The notes under the pieces: model-generated
Told to the model about the DNA's origin: nothing
Databases searched by the model: none
The model's input: only the letters and a program-made list of their open reading frames with translations
Translations under genes and position numbers: made by a program
Assembly: GCA_046154665.1 (NCBI GenBank)
Contig: JBJXFG010000086.1
Location: forward strand, 1,695-65,694
DNA: 64,000 nucleotides
From: Phycisphaerales bacterium
GTDB lineage: Bacteria; Planctomycetota; Phycisphaerae; Phycisphaerales; UBA1924
Reading direction: 5' to 3'
In this document: piece after piece, positions 27,890 through 38,000 of the stretch
Layout: each line of letters starts with the position of its first letter
Position numbering within the stretch: the stretch's first letter is position 1

Positions 27890-30800
27890 GTGTGGTCGGT
27901 TGGTTCCCTGAGATTCGTTGCAACGGAGAAGCCATTGGGTAAAGCGGCCGTCAAGAAGAGGAAGATCTTCGAAATCGCCAAGGACCTCGGGATCGAGTCC
28001 AAGGCGATCGTCGAGAAGTGCCGCGCCGAAGAAGTGGAGGGGATCAAGGACCACATGAGCGCCGTGAGCGCGGGCCTTGAGGCGACGATCCGCGAGTGGT
28101 TCAGCGCCGGCGAGCACCGCAACGTCGTCGAACACGCCGCCAAGGTTGATATCGATGCGATCAAGGCACCGGCTCGGAAGCGCGCGGCGGTGAAGCGCGC
28201 CGACGGCAGCGACGCGCCTTCCTCCGGCGAGTCGGGCGTGGCAACGGTCGAATCCGCCCCGCCGCACATCGAGACGCCCGCGGCCCCGTCGGAACCTGAG
28301 GCGGCCGCGCCCACGGCTCCCGCGGCGCCCGTCGCTCCCGTCAACGTGGCACCGCCCACGATCGTTCCCCCCGCGCCGCGGGTGGTGAACATGACGCCGA
28401 CATTCACTCGGCGCCCACAAACGATCAGCGAGAACAAGCCCGCAGCCGGAACAACAGGGGCGGCAACGAACGGTTCCGCTCCCGCCGCGCCCGATGCGGG
28501 CGTGCCCGGTATCGGCAAGGCGCACCGCGCGGTTCGGCCCGAGACGCCTCCCGCGCCGACGCACGCTCAGGCCCCGACGGGAACGACCGCCGCGCCGAGC
28601 GCGCCATCAGAATCCGGGCCGTCCGGCACAAACCCTGCGGTGCCCCACGGACCCAGTCACCTTCCCAAGTCGCCCGCGGCCCATCACGGCCCGCCCGCGC
28701 GCATCGAAGCGCCCAAGCCGCGCGTCTTCAGTCTTGATCGACCCGGCACGACGCCGATGCGTTCTTCGAACCCGACGGCGGGCAAGGTCGTCGATCCGCC
28801 GCCGATGGGGCTGGTTCGGATTCAGCAGGCGCCTCCCCCACCGCCGCCCGCGGCTCCGGCCGCGCCTGCGGCGCCGGGTCGGCGTGGAGATCGCCCCGGT
28901 GGTTCGGGCCTGGGTATCGGCGGGCCGTCAGCCCCGGGTGCCCCGGCGACGCCCGGCCAGCCGCGCCCGCGGGTCGCCGCGCCATCGAATCTCAAGATCG
29001 ACGCGCAGACGCCCGCCAAGCTCTCGGGCCCGAAGGTCGTCCGCATCGAGCAGCCCGACTTTGTCGAGGCCCCGCGCAGCCGTTCCGACGCCCCGCGCGG
29101 ACCGCGCCCCGCGGGCGGCGGCGCTGACGACTCGAAGCGCCCGGTTCGTCGCAGCGGCGGCGGCAATGTGCCCGCGTCGCGCACCAGCCGACGCTCGGGC
29201 CGGTCGGATGTCGAAGCGGGCTCGGCGACATGGTCGGAGCGCGACCTCGCCGACCGCGAGGCACGCCTCAACCGCTCCGAGGGCTTCCTCAGGCAGCGCC
29301 GGCGCGACGCCAAGATCAAGGAACAGGTCCACGCACCAGGTTCCGCCGACCAGGACCCGGGCGGCATCGTGCAGGTCATCCGGCCTTACACCATCAAGGA
29401 CCTCGCGGCGGCGGCGGGCATCAAGTCGGCCGACATCGTCAAGAAGCTCTTCCTCAAGGGCATCATGGCGAGCCCGAACCAGGCGATCGAGGACGACCAG
29501 GCCATCGAGATCATGATGGACTGGGACATCGAACTCCAGTTCGTGGAGGACAAGACCGAGGAGGAACTCGTGGCCGAGGAATACGCCGGCCGCGAGAGTC
29601 AGGACATCCGCACGCGCTCCCCGGTGGTCACGATCCTCGGCCACGTCGACCACGGCAAAACCAGCCTGCTCGACAAGATCCGCAACACCAACATCGCCGC
29701 GGGCGAAGCGGGCGGCATCACGCAGTCGACGCGCGCGTTCCGCACCGCGGTCAATGTCGAGGACAACGAGAAGTGGGTGTGCTTCCTCGATACCCCCGGC
29801 CACCAGGCGTTCTCCGAGATGCGCGCCCGCGGCGCCAACATGACCGACGTCATCGTGCTGGTGGTCAGCGTGGTCGACGGCGTGATGCCGCAGACCATCG
29901 AGAGCATCAACCACGCCAAGGCCGCGAAGGCCCCGATCATCGTCGCCCTCAACAAGATCGACATGCCGGGCGTCAACGAATCGCTCATCAACAAGGTCTA
30001 CGGCCAGCTCGCCGAGCAGGGCCTCAACCCCTCGGCGTGGGGCGGCGATACCGACGTGGTGCATACCAGCGCCACCGTGGGCACGGGCATCCAGGAACTG
30101 CTCGAAACGATCGACTACCGCGCCCAGGTGCTTGACCTCAAGGCCGGCTTTGAAGGTCCGGCGCGGGGCGTCGTGATCGAGGCCAAGATGGAAGAGGGCC
30201 GCGGCCCGGTGGCCAACGTGCTGATGCAGGACGGGTGCCTCTCGATCGGCGACATTTTGGTGGCGGGGCGTGCCTATGGGCGCGTGCGCGACATCATCAA
30301 CGACCGCGGCGAGAAGGTGAAGAAGGCCCAGCCTTCGACGCCGGTGCTCGTCTCGGGCCTGACCGAGATCCCGAACGCGGGCGACAAGTTCTACATCGTG
30401 GACTCGATGCGCCACGCCGCCGAGGTGGCCGAGCAGCGTGCCCAGAACGAGCGGATGAAGGAGCTGGCGACGCCGAAGCTCACGCTCGACTCGATGTTCA
30501 AGCAGCTCGAGACCGAGGACGTCAAGGAACTGCGCGTGGTGCTCAAGGCCGACGTGCAGGGCTCGGTCGATGTCATCGCGCACACCATCGAGCAGATCAC
30601 CACCGAGAAGGTCAAGGTCCGCGTGCTGCACGCGGCGGTCGGCGGCGTGAACGAGTCCGACGTCACCCTCGCGGCGGCGTCGAAGGCGATCATCGTCGGG
30701 TTCAACGTCATCCCATCGGGCAAGGCCCGCGGGGCGGCCGAGAGCAAGGGCGTCGAGGTCCGCACCTACGACGTCATCTACAACATCGTCGACGACATCA

Positions 30801-31138
30801 AGCTGGCGGCCCAGGGCCTGCTTGCCCCGATCCTCCGCCAGGAGGTGCTCGGGCACGCCGAGGTCCGCCAGGTGTTCAAGGTTTCGCGCGTGGGCGCGGT
30901 GGCCGGTTGCTACGTCACCGACGGCGTCATCGAACGCAACGCGCTCATCCGCGTCACCCGCAACGGGATCGTCATCGAGAAGGACCGCACGCTGGAGCAG
31001 CTCAAGCGGTTCAAGGACGACGCCAAGGAAGTCAAGGCCAACATGGAGTGCGGCATGAAGATCGCGGGCTACGACGACATCAAGGAGGGCGACGTGCTCG
31101 AGTGCTACAAGAACGTGGAGATGAAGCAGACGTTGTGA
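27890..31138 (+). CDS. infB: Translation initiation factor IF-2
   Basis: [20 protein letters not shown]-domain, a long Pro/Ala-rich linker, GTPase motifs [17 protein letters not shown] and NKID, and the C-terminal domains. The start is uncertain: GTG 27890, or TTG 27935 preceded by GGAG. Confidence 0.95.
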   Translation: MWSVGSLRFVATEKPLGKAAVKKRKIFEIAKDLGIESKAIVEKCRAEEVEGIKDHMSAVSAGLEATIREWFSAGEHRNVVEHAAKVDIDAIKAPARKRAAVKRADGSDAPSSGESGVATVESAPPHIETPAAPSEPEAAAPTAPAAPVAPVNVAPPTIVPPAPRVVNMTPTFTRRPQTISENKPAAGTTGAATNGSAPAAPDAGVPGIGKAHRAVRPETPPAPTHAQAPTGTTAAPSAPSESGPSGTNPAVPHGPSHLPKSPAAHHGPPARIEAPKPRVFSLDRPGTTPMRSSNPTAGKVVDPPPMGLVRIQQAPPPPPPAAPAAPAAPGRRGDRPGGSGLGIGGPSAPGAPATPGQPRPRVAAPSNLKIDAQTPAKLSGPKVVRIEQPDFVEAPRSRSDAPRGPRPAGGGADDSKRPVRRSGGGNVPASRTSRRSGRSDVEAGSATWSERDLADREARLNRSEGFLRQRRRDAKIKEQVHAPGSADQDPGGIVQVIRPYTIKDLAAAAGIKSADIVKKLFLKGIMASPNQAIEDDQAIEIMMDWDIELQFVEDKTEEELVAEEYAGRESQDIRTRSPVVTILGHVDHGKTSLLDKIRNTNIAAGEAGGITQSTRAFRTAVNVEDNEKWVCFLDTPGHQAFSEMRARGANMTDVIVLVVSVVDGVMPQTIESINHAKAAKAPIIVALNKIDMPGVNESLINKVYGQLAEQGLNPSAWGGDTDVVHTSATVGTGIQELLETIDYRAQVLDLKAGFEGPARGVVIEAKMEEGRGPVANVLMQDGCLSIGDILVAGRAYGRVRDIINDRGEKVKKAQPSTPVLVSGLTEIPNAGDKFYIVDSMRHAAEVAEQRAQNERMKELATPKLTLDSMFKQLETEDVKELRVVLKADVQGSVDVIAHTIEQITTEKVKVRVLHAAVGGVNESDVTLAAASKAIIVGFNVIPSGKARGAAESKGVEVRTYDVIYNIVDDIKLAAQGLLAPILRQEVLGHAEVRQVFKVSRVGAVAGCYVTDGVIERNALIRVTRNGIVIEKDRTLEQLKRFKDDAKEVKANMECGMKIAGYDDIKEGDVLECYKNVEMKQTL

Positions 31139-31141
31139 AGA

Positions 31142-31198
31142 GGGCAGTCGGGAGTGGGCGGTGGGCAGTCGGGGAGGCAAAGGCCCCCGACTCCCGAC
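31142..31198. repeat. GGGAGTC-family heptamer hairpin downstream of infB
   Basis: gggcagtcgggagtgggcggtgggcagtcgggg-aggcaaaggc-ccccgactcccgac, followed by a T-rich GCAGCAAA-family tract (31223..31265). Confidence 0.8.
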
Positions 31199-31264
31199 GC
31201 CGCCTGCTGACGCGCTGCCTTCTTGATTTGTTGCTTTGGTGATTTGTTGCTTTGCTGATTTCTG

Positions 31265-31672
31265 ATGATCGTCGCCGTGCTCCAGTTCGAGGTCTTTGTC
31301 CGCTCCGCCGAGTGTCTGAAGGACAAGCGGCGGGTGGTTCGTTCGCTCAAGGACCGCCTGCACCACGACCACATGGTGTCGGTAGCGGAGGTCGGCGGGC
31401 TGGACGAGCACCGCCGTGCCGAGATCGCGGTGGCGCTGGTGTCGGCCGACGTGGTCTATGCCAACGAGGTGATGGACCGCATCACCGAGAAACTCCGCGA
31501 GCACCGCGAGGCGGAGCTGGGGCGGGTGATGCGGTTCGTGCTCGACAAGGCCGACATGCCGGATTCAGACCTCGACGAAGAGGGCCGCCCGGCGTGGAGC
31601 GAGGAGGACACCGACGTGATGCTGCGCGGGATCGAAAAGGTTCAGCGCGACGCCGAGGGGGGTGTGGCGTGA
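31265..31672 (+). CDS. DUF503 (YlxP-like) protein
   Basis: MIVAVLQFEVFVRSAECLKDKRRVVRSLKDRL is the DUF503 N-terminal pattern. Its position between infB and rbfA is typical for this family. Confidence 0.8.
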   Translation: MIVAVLQFEVFVRSAECLKDKRRVVRSLKDRLHHDHMVSVAEVGGLDEHRRAEIAVALVSADVVYANEVMDRITEKLREHREAELGRVMRFVLDKADMPDSDLDEEGRPAWSEEDTDVMLRGIEKVQRDAEGGVA

Positions 31673-32076
31673 GCAAGAGGACCGAACAAGTCAACGAGAT
31701 GCTCCGCCGCGCGGTGCAGGGCGTGCTGGTCGAAGGTCTGGGCGACCCGCGGCTGAACGGCTGCCTGCTCACGGTCACACAGGTCGGCGTCGATACCGAT
31801 TTCACGCTCGCGGTCATCCGCGTGAGCGTGCTGCCCGTCGCGAAGCAGGATTTGGCCGTGCACGCGCTCAAGGCCGCCGCCCGGCACATCCGGCACGAGG
31901 TGAGCGAGAAGGTGTCGATGCACAAGATGCCGGAGTTCCAGTTCAAGCTGGACGAATCGACAAAGCGCCAGGCGGAAGTGCTCGACGCGCTGGCCCAGGC
32001 GCGGATCGAGCGCGAGGCACGCGGGGTGGAGGAATCGGCGGGCGACGGAACCAACACCACGGAGAATCGCGCGTGA
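31669..32076 (+). CDS. rbfA: Ribosome-binding factor A
   Basis: GTG start overlapping the DUF503 stop (GTGA). KRTEQVNEMLRRAVQGVLVEGLGDPRL...VTQVGVDTDFTLAVIRVSVL fits RbfA. Confidence 0.85.
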   Translation: MSKRTEQVNEMLRRAVQGVLVEGLGDPRLNGCLLTVTQVGVDTDFTLAVIRVSVLPVAKQDLAVHALKAAARHIRHEVSEKVSMHKMPEFQFKLDESTKRQAEVLDALAQARIEREARGVEESAGDGTNTTENRA

Positions 32077-32792
32077 GCAGTGTGGACCACGGCAAGGCGT
32101 TGACGGCGTTGTTGAAACGGCTCAAGCCCAGGTACGAGCCCGCGCCCCCGCTCAAGCACGAGCCGATGGACGAGCTGCTGCTGGGCGTCCTCATGTGGGA
32201 AGCGACGCGGTCCAAGGCCGAGGCCGCGCTGAAACGTCTGCGCGACGCCCACGTGGACGACAACGACATGCGCGTGACCCGCCCGGCACAGCTGGCGGCG
32301 ATCATCGGGAAGACCTACCCGAAAGTGGACGAGCGGTCGGCGCGGCTGCACGCCGTGCTCTCGGATATCTACACCCGCGAACACACGGTCTCGCTCGAAC
32401 GCGCCATGGGCATGTCCAAGCGCGAGGCGGCGAAGTACATCGAGACACTCTCGGGCCTGCCGGCGTACGCGTCGGCCCGCTGGCAACTCATCGTGCTCGA
32501 ATCGCACCATGTGCCCGTCGACGACCGGATGTTGGCGCGGCTGATCGCTACCGGCGTGCTCGAAGAGGGCGACGACATCGCCAAGGCCACCGGCGTGCTC
32601 GAACGCTACATCCGGCACGAAGATGTTCTTGCCTCGTACCTGCTGCTGCAGGCCTGGTGCGAAGACCCCGACGCCGAACCGGAGAAGCCGGCGGCGAAAA
32701 AGACGCCCGGTCGGAGCGCGGCGGACACGGGCAAGGCCCGGTCGCCGGTGAAGACACCCGCGAAGAAGGCAGCGGCGCGGTCGGGGAAGTGA
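32073..32792 (+). CDS. Hypothetical protein, possible HhH/EndoIII-like fold, Lys-rich tail
   Basis: GTG start overlapping the rbfA stop (GTGA). The 239-aa protein has IETLSGLPAYASARWQLIVLESHHVPVDDRMLARL, reminiscent of HhH-GPD proteins, but I could not identify catalytic residues. Confidence 0.6.
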   Translation: MSSVDHGKALTALLKRLKPRYEPAPPLKHEPMDELLLGVLMWEATRSKAEAALKRLRDAHVDDNDMRVTRPAQLAAIIGKTYPKVDERSARLHAVLSDIYTREHTVSLERAMGMSKREAAKYIETLSGLPAYASARWQLIVLESHHVPVDDRMLARLIATGVLEEGDDIAKATGVLERYIRHEDVLASYLLLQAWCEDPDAEPEKPAAKKTPGRSAADTGKARSPVKTPAKKAAARSGK

Positions 32793-32862
32793 GTTCCGCG
32801 ACGGTCACGCGGAGCACCGATATCCCGCGGGCGGGGAATCGGTTGAACGTCGCGCCCCGCGT

Positions 32863-34632
32863 TCACCGCTTGGATTTCAGCCACTTCACCAGCTTCGCAC
32901 GTTCCCAGGTGTTGATGCACCGTTCCTGCGGGCACCCGGCGCGCCGGGCGGTGATCACGCCGTAGCGCAGGTTCTCGGCGTCGTCGGGGTGGTGCGTGTC
33001 GCAGTGGATCGCCAGCAGGCAGCCCTTCGAAAGCGCCAGGCGGGCGTGGGTGTCGCGCAGGTCGAGCCGCAGCCAGTTGGCGTTGATTTCGAGCGCGGTG
33101 TTGTGCTCGGCGGCGGCGGCGCAGAGTTCCTCCATCGCCGGCTCCAGCCCCTCGCGCTGCGCGATGATGCGGCCAGTGGGGTGGCCGATGACGTGTACCA
33201 GCGGGTGCCGGATCGCCTTGAGAAGACGCTCCGTCGCCAATCGCGGCTCTTGACGCAGCGAAGCATGCGGCGAGGCGATGACGACATCAAGTTCGGCGAG
33301 CAAATCGTCGTCGTAGTCGAGCGTGCCGTCGGAGAGAATGTCGACTTCGCTGCCGACGAGCAGGGTGATGCCGGGGACTTCCGCCTGGGCGGCGCGAATG
33401 TTCCGGATGTGCTCGCGGAGTCGCTCGGGCGTCAGGCCGTTGGCGATGACGCTGGACTTGGAGTGGTCGGTAATCGCCAGAGTGTGAAACCCGCGGAGCT
33501 GGTAGAGCGTGGCGAGTTGGACGATGGAGAGGACGCCGTCGGACGCGGTGGTGTGGGCGTGCAGTTCGCTGCGAACGTCGGCGAGTTCGATGAGATCGGT
33601 CGGCGGCGGCGCGTCGAGCTCGCCGACCGATTCGCGGAGTTCCGGCGGGATGAAGGGCAGGCCCAGGGCCTTGAAGACGGATTCTTCGGTGTCGCCCGCG
33701 ACGGCTTGCTCCAAGCCGTTGGGGCGGTGCTGGTGCGGCGTATCGTTGTCGTCGAGCTTGAACAGGCCGTACTCGTTCAGCGTCACGCCGCGTTTGAGGG
33801 CTCGCTCGCGCAGGCGGACGTTGTGCTCTTTCGATCCGGTGAAGTACATCAGCGCCGCGCCCCATGATTTCGCGGGAACGATGCGCAGGTCAGCCTGCAC
33901 CGTTTTGCGCTCGAAAGTGAGGCGGATCGAGCATTTGGTCTCGCCGCGAATGAGAACCTGGTTCACCTCGGGCATGGTGCAGAAGGCCTCGCGGAGTCTC
34001 TCGGAGGCGGGGCCTGGCGCGACGGCGAGCAGGTCGATGTCGCCGATGGTTTCTTTGCCGCGGCGCAGCGAGCCGGCGTACTGGACGCTCTCGACCCCGG
34101 CGACCTCGGCGAGGCGGGACTGCAGCGCCTCGGCGATCGGCAACGCCCGGCCCAGCAGCAGCCGCTGCTCGCCCTGGGCCACGGTCTCCAGGCTCTTTTT
34201 GATGTTCTCGACCGTCTTGGTGCCCATGCGCGGCACCTGCATGATGCGTCCGTCGGCGATCGCGGCCTTCAGGCCCGCCGTGTCGGTGACGTTGAGCGTT
34301 TCCCAGATCGCCTTCACCGTCTTGGGGCCCAGCCCCGGCACGCGCATCATGTCGAGCAGGCCGGCGGGCACGCGGGTGAGCAGCTCGGCGTGCTCGGACA
34401 TCGCGCCGCTCTCGGCAAACTCGGTGATCTTGGCAGCGATCTTCACGCCGATGCCCTCGATCGCCGTCAGAGCTTTCGTGTCGTGGGCGATAGGCTTGAG
34501 ATCGGCGGCGTGAGCCTCCACCGCACGGGCCGCGCGGGCGTGGGCGTTCACCTTGAAACGATCCTCGCCCAGCAGCTCGAGCATCCGGGCGATCTCATCA
34601 AGGCGGTCGGCGGCGTCCTGGTTGAAGCTCAC
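32863..34632 (-). CDS. polX: DNA polymerase X family protein with C-terminal PHP domain
   Basis: HhH motifs (IEGIGVKIAAKI, VPGLGPKTVKAIW), a pol-beta-like core (GSLRRGKETIGDIDLL) and a PHP domain (ELHAHTTASDG, ITDHSK, VIGHP). GTG start. Confidence 0.9.
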   Translation of the reverse strand: MSFNQDAADRLDEIARMLELLGEDRFKVNAHARAARAVEAHAADLKPIAHDTKALTAIEGIGVKIAAKITEFAESGAMSEHAELLTRVPAGLLDMMRVPGLGPKTVKAIWETLNVTDTAGLKAAIADGRIMQVPRMGTKTVENIKKSLETVAQGEQRLLLGRALPIAEALQSRLAEVAGVESVQYAGSLRRGKETIGDIDLLAVAPGPASERLREAFCTMPEVNQVLIRGETKCSIRLTFERKTVQADLRIVPAKSWGAALMYFTGSKEHNVRLRERALKRGVTLNEYGLFKLDDNDTPHQHRPNGLEQAVAGDTEESVFKALGLPFIPPELRESVGELDAPPPTDLIELADVRSELHAHTTASDGVLSIVQLATLYQLRGFHTLAITDHSKSSVIANGLTPERLREHIRNIRAAQAEVPGITLLVGSEVDILSDGTLDYDDDLLAELDVVIASPHASLRQEPRLATERLLKAIRHPLVHVIGHPTGRIIAQREGLEPAMEELCAAAAEHNTALEINANWLRLDLRDTHARLALSKGCLLAIHCDTHHPDDAENLRYGVITARRAGCPQERCINTWERAKLVKWLKSKR

Positions 34633-35105
34633 GAGGCCTTCCCCCGCCGCGGCTTGTCGGCGTTCTTGGCCCGCTTGGCCGCGGGTTCGCTCGGGGTTTG
34701 AAGGGGCGGTGCCGGGACATACGCACGCTCGACGTGCTCGACATAGCCCTCGCCCTGGCGCGGCTCGGAGCGCACATAGAGCGTGGGTTCCTCCGGGCCG
34801 CGGTCCGACGCATGGAAGGAAGACACGCGGGCCTCGACGGCTTCAACGACGGCGCGGCGTTCGTGCTCGGGCACCAGCAGCAGCGCCGCGACCCAGCGGC
34901 GGACCAGGTCGGAACCCTCCGGCCCAAAGGCGCGGAGCACATCAACCAGGGTTCGTGCGTGGTCGTTGGGGAACAGCGTTGGCGATCCAGAGGGCGCGGT
35001 ACCCCGGCTCGACGTCGGGGGCGGGGTAGGGGCCTGGCCCGGGCGGAACGGTGTCCGACGCGGTTCCGGGCTCGTCGGCGGAGTCTGTTGGGGCGGCCGT
35101 GGCAT
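34629..35105 (-). CDS. Small hypothetical protein coupled to polX
   Basis: Its stop overlaps the polX GTG (GTGA at 34632..34629). The structured part starts near VLRAFGPEGSDLVRRWVAALLLVPEHERRAVVEAVEARV. A GTG at 34940 lies 1 nt after the upstream gene's TGA and is an alternative start. The N-terminal Pro-rich 55 aa overlap the upstream ORF in another frame. Confidence 0.45.
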   Translation of the reverse strand: MPRPPQQTPPTSPEPRRTPFRPGQAPTPPPTSSRGTAPSGSPTLFPNDHARTLVDVLRAFGPEGSDLVRRWVAALLLVPEHERRAVVEAVEARVSSFHASDRGPEEPTLYVRSEPRQGEGYVEHVERAYVPAPPLQTPSEPAAKRAKNADKPRRGKAS

Positions 35106-35517
35106 CGGTGGTCGGCGGGGTGAAAGTCACGATCTCAGGCGTGCCCCCGGCCCCGCCCGCGGCACGAAGTCGGGTTTCGAGCGTCTGCACGTACGTCTCG
35201 ATTCTATCGACTCGGTCGGTGAGTTTTTCGAGCGCCCCCGCCACCGCCGCGAGAAGATCAGACGGGCTGGAGGTGCTGAGAGCGTGGCGTCGGCCGTCCT
35301 TTTCGCGCATGGGCCCGCGGCCGGTGAGCATCCACTCGGCGCTGACGCCGAAGCGGTCGCACATGGCCGAGACGAACTCGATGCTCGGGGCGGCGCCGAG
35401 CATGTAGCGGCGCACCGTCTCGGTGTTCTGGTTGGTGATTTCGCCAATCGAGCGGTACGAGCGCTGACCTGCGACGATGCGGAGGCGTTCGTGGAGGCTT
35501 CCTGGTTCGGGTTCCAT
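34942..35517 (-). CDS. Phage-CI-repressor-type HTH domain protein with coiled-coil segment
   Basis: LHERLRIVAGQRSYRSIGEITNQNTETVRRYMLGAAPSIEFVSAMCDRFGVSAEWMLTGRGPM matches the CI-repressor HTH (PF07022-like) pattern as I remember it. ATG start. Confidence 0.7.
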   Translation of the reverse strand: MEPEPGSLHERLRIVAGQRSYRSIGEITNQNTETVRRYMLGAAPSIEFVSAMCDRFGVSAEWMLTGRGPMREKDGRRHALSTSSPSDLLAAVAGALEKLTDRVDRIETYVQTLETRLRAAGGAGGTPEIVTFTPPTTDATAAPTDSADEPGTASDTVPPGPGPYPAPDVEPGYRALWIANAVPQRPRTNPG

Positions 35518-35676
35518 GGTGGGGGGGCGGGGGGCAGAAGCGGGAGTCGGGAGTGGGTAAAGACGCTAAAGGTGGGGCCGGGATGCCTCATCCGCCCCGC
35601 GACGGGGCGTTAGGTTGGCCTCTCGTGGCGAGAGACTTGCCCCGTGCTCACACGAAAATCGACCGACATGAGAAGA

Positions 35677-37893
35677 TTATGCGATATCGCCGAGACCGAG
35701 GCCCTTTCCGTGGGCTTTCAGCAGGCGAGATCGTACTTTCGTGTCGTCGGGGTTCGAAAGTTCGGGCGAGCGGTCGATCCACGCTGCGGCGTCGCGTCTT
35801 GCCATCAGCAACAAATCTGTGTCTTTCGGGAGTTCGGCCACACGGAACGGTGCGAGGCCGGATTGCCGACCGCCGAAGATGTCTCCGGGCCCTCGGAGCG
35901 CGAAATCAGTCTCGGCGAGCTTGAAGCCGTCGGTGGTGGAAACCACGGCTTTGAGGCGGGTCAGTGATTCGTCGGTGGTGGGATCAGAAATCAGCACACA
36001 CACGCCGCCCAGCTTGCCGCGGCCAATCCGGCCGCGGAGTTGGTGAAGCTGGGCAAGCCCGAAGCGGTCGGCGTTCTCGATCACCATGATCGTGGCGTTG
36101 GGGACATCCACGCCGACCTCGATCACGGTGGTCGCGACCAGCGCGTCGACTTGTCCCGCGCGGAATCGCTCCATGATGGTCTCGCGGGTGGAGCGTTTGA
36201 GCTGGCCGTGGACCGCGGCGAGGCGCTTGCCGGCGAGCGAGCCTTCTTCGAGTTCCTTCAGGAGCGAGCGCACGTTGGCGAGTCGGGCGGCCCCGCCCGT
36301 GCCTGAGTCTTCGGCATGTTCGAAACCAGTCGCCGACGCGCCGGCGTCGCCCCCCACCGCCGGCACCACGATGAACGCTTGCTGCCCCTTGTCGAGCTTC
36401 TGGCGGACGAAAGCGTACACCTCGTCGCGCTGCAGCGGCGTGACGAGCCGCGTCTTCACCGGCTTGCGTCCTGGCGGGAGCGAATCGAGCGTGCTGACGT
36501 CGAGATCGCCGAAGATCGTCAGGCTGAGCGTGCGCGGGATTGGTGTCGCGGTCATCACCAGCGTGTGGGGCATGGCACCGGGATCGGATGACTTTTCGCG
36601 GAGGACGGCGCGCTGGTGGACGCCGAAGCGGTGCTGCTCATCGATCACGGCGACCGCGAGGTCGGCGAAGCTGACGGACTCGGTGAGCAGGGCGTGGGTG
36701 CCGATGGCCAGATGAGCATCGCCGCTCTCGATTCGGCGCAGGACGGCGGCACGCTCGTCAGCGCCCAGCGAGCCGGTGAGCAGTTCGACCCGGACGTCCG
36801 ACCCGGCCAGCAGGCGGGAAATGCTCGCGAAATGCTGCTCGGCGAGCAGCTCGGTCGGGGCCATCAGCGCCGCCTGCCGCTTGTTCGCGACGGCGATGAG
36901 CATGGCGTAGAGCGCGATCACCGTCTTACCCGCGCCCACGTCGCCCTGGATCAGCCGGTTGGCGGGGGTCTCTTTGGTGAGGTCGTGCGCGACTTCCCGG
37001 ATGACGGTTTCCTGGGCCGCGGTGAGCGCAAAGGGCAGTCGCGCGCGGATGTGCTGATCGATGGCGGTGGTCCAGCGCAGGGCGGGGGCGTGGTGCCGTC
37101 GCTTCAGGTGGGCCCGGCGGAGGTGGACGCCCAGTTGCAGCAGCAGGAACTCGTCATAGGCGAGACGACGCCGCGCGGACTTCGCGTCGTCCTCGTCGCG
37201 CGGGGCGTGCATCATGCGGTAGGCGTCGGCAAGTTCGGGCAGTTCGCGATCCTTACGAAACGCTTCGGGCAGGTGGTCTTCGATGAGCGCGAGGCCGGGG
37301 TCGAGGATGCCGCCGATGATCTTCTCGATCCGCGTCGAGGGTAGCTCTTCGGTAGCGGGATACACAGGACGGAATCGATCGTCGGTGGCGGCGGGTTCGG
37401 GAGCGGTGTCCTTGATGATCTGGTGGCGCGGGTTGACCAGTTGCAAGCCACCACCACGTCCCCCGAAGCGTTTGGCCTTGCCCTGCACGCGGAGCCGTAC
37501 GCCCGGATGGATCGTGCTGGCCAGGAACGTCTGGTTGAACCAGACGAGATCGATGCGACCCGTGTGGTCGAGCAGCGCGGCTTCGAATCGCGGCTTGCCC
37601 CGACGCACGACGCGGCAGGCGGTGACCTCGCCGCGGGTGGAAATGACCTGGTCGGCGGCGAGTTGATCGACCGGCGCCTCGGCGGCTTCATATTCGTGCC
37701 GATGCGGAAGGTGGTTCAACAGGTGAGCCACGCACTTGAGGCCCATCGAACGCAGGATCGCAGCTTCACGCGGCTTGACCGCGGGCAGGGCTTCGACGGG
37801 CGTGAGCAGCGTGATGGGAGCCTCGGCGTCGGGCACGGGGGCAGGGTACCGGGGGATTTGCGGGGGACGCGCCGCGATGACGCCGCGAAGCAA
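35677..37893 (-). CDS. recG: ATP-dependent DNA helicase RecG
   Basis: Wedge domain, then helicase motifs GDVGAGKT, DEQHRFGV and TATPIPRT, and a C-terminal QLHQLRGRIGRG. The start is uncertain: TTG 37893 or GTG 37836. The ORF-track start at 38136 would overlap the divergent gene. Confidence 0.9.
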   Translation of the reverse strand: MLRGVIAARPPQIPRYPAPVPDAEAPITLLTPVEALPAVKPREAAILRSMGLKCVAHLLNHLPHRHEYEAAEAPVDQLAADQVISTRGEVTACRVVRRGKPRFEAALLDHTGRIDLVWFNQTFLASTIHPGVRLRVQGKAKRFGGRGGGLQLVNPRHQIIKDTAPEPAATDDRFRPVYPATEELPSTRIEKIIGGILDPGLALIEDHLPEAFRKDRELPELADAYRMMHAPRDEDDAKSARRRLAYDEFLLLQLGVHLRRAHLKRRHHAPALRWTTAIDQHIRARLPFALTAAQETVIREVAHDLTKETPANRLIQGDVGAGKTVIALYAMLIAVANKRQAALMAPTELLAEQHFASISRLLAGSDVRVELLTGSLGADERAAVLRRIESGDAHLAIGTHALLTESVSFADLAVAVIDEQHRFGVHQRAVLREKSSDPGAMPHTLVMTATPIPRTLSLTIFGDLDVSTLDSLPPGRKPVKTRLVTPLQRDEVYAFVRQKLDKGQQAFIVVPAVGGDAGASATGFEHAEDSGTGGAARLANVRSLLKELEEGSLAGKRLAAVHGQLKRSTRETIMERFRAGQVDALVATTVIEVGVDVPNATIMVIENADRFGLAQLHQLRGRIGRGKLGGVCVLISDPTTDESLTRLKAVVSTTDGFKLAETDFALRGPGDIFGGRQSGLAPFRVAELPKDTDLLLMARRDAAAWIDRSPELSNPDDTKVRSRLLKAHGKGLGLGDIA

Positions 37894-38000
37894 CTGGGAC
37901 GCCTGTCGTACGGGAAGAAATCGGTGCCGGTACAATGGGGCATGTTCCCGCGCGAGCGGTGCCCGTCGGCACCCTCGCGGGGCCCTGGAGTTGTCTGGCC

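Noticed and set aside
28928-31504. 858-aa minus-strand ORF antisense to infB. There are many similar long ORFs: 401..1804+, 2735..3904+, 10192..12357+, 12012..13304+, 15342..16937+, 24039..25214-, 26782..28518-, 51913..54048-, 57224..59020+, 59800..61092- and 61189..63096-.
   Set aside because: They are shadow ORFs typical of high-GC DNA. They have Arg/Gly/Ala/Pro-dominated composition and no motifs. Each is fully overlapped by an opposite-strand gene with clear family signatures.
34942-35517. Prophage or mobile-element boundary suggested by the phage-CI-type HTH.
   Set aside because: There is no integrase, excisionase, terminase, capsid or tRNA attachment site nearby. The flanks are recG and polX with normal composition.
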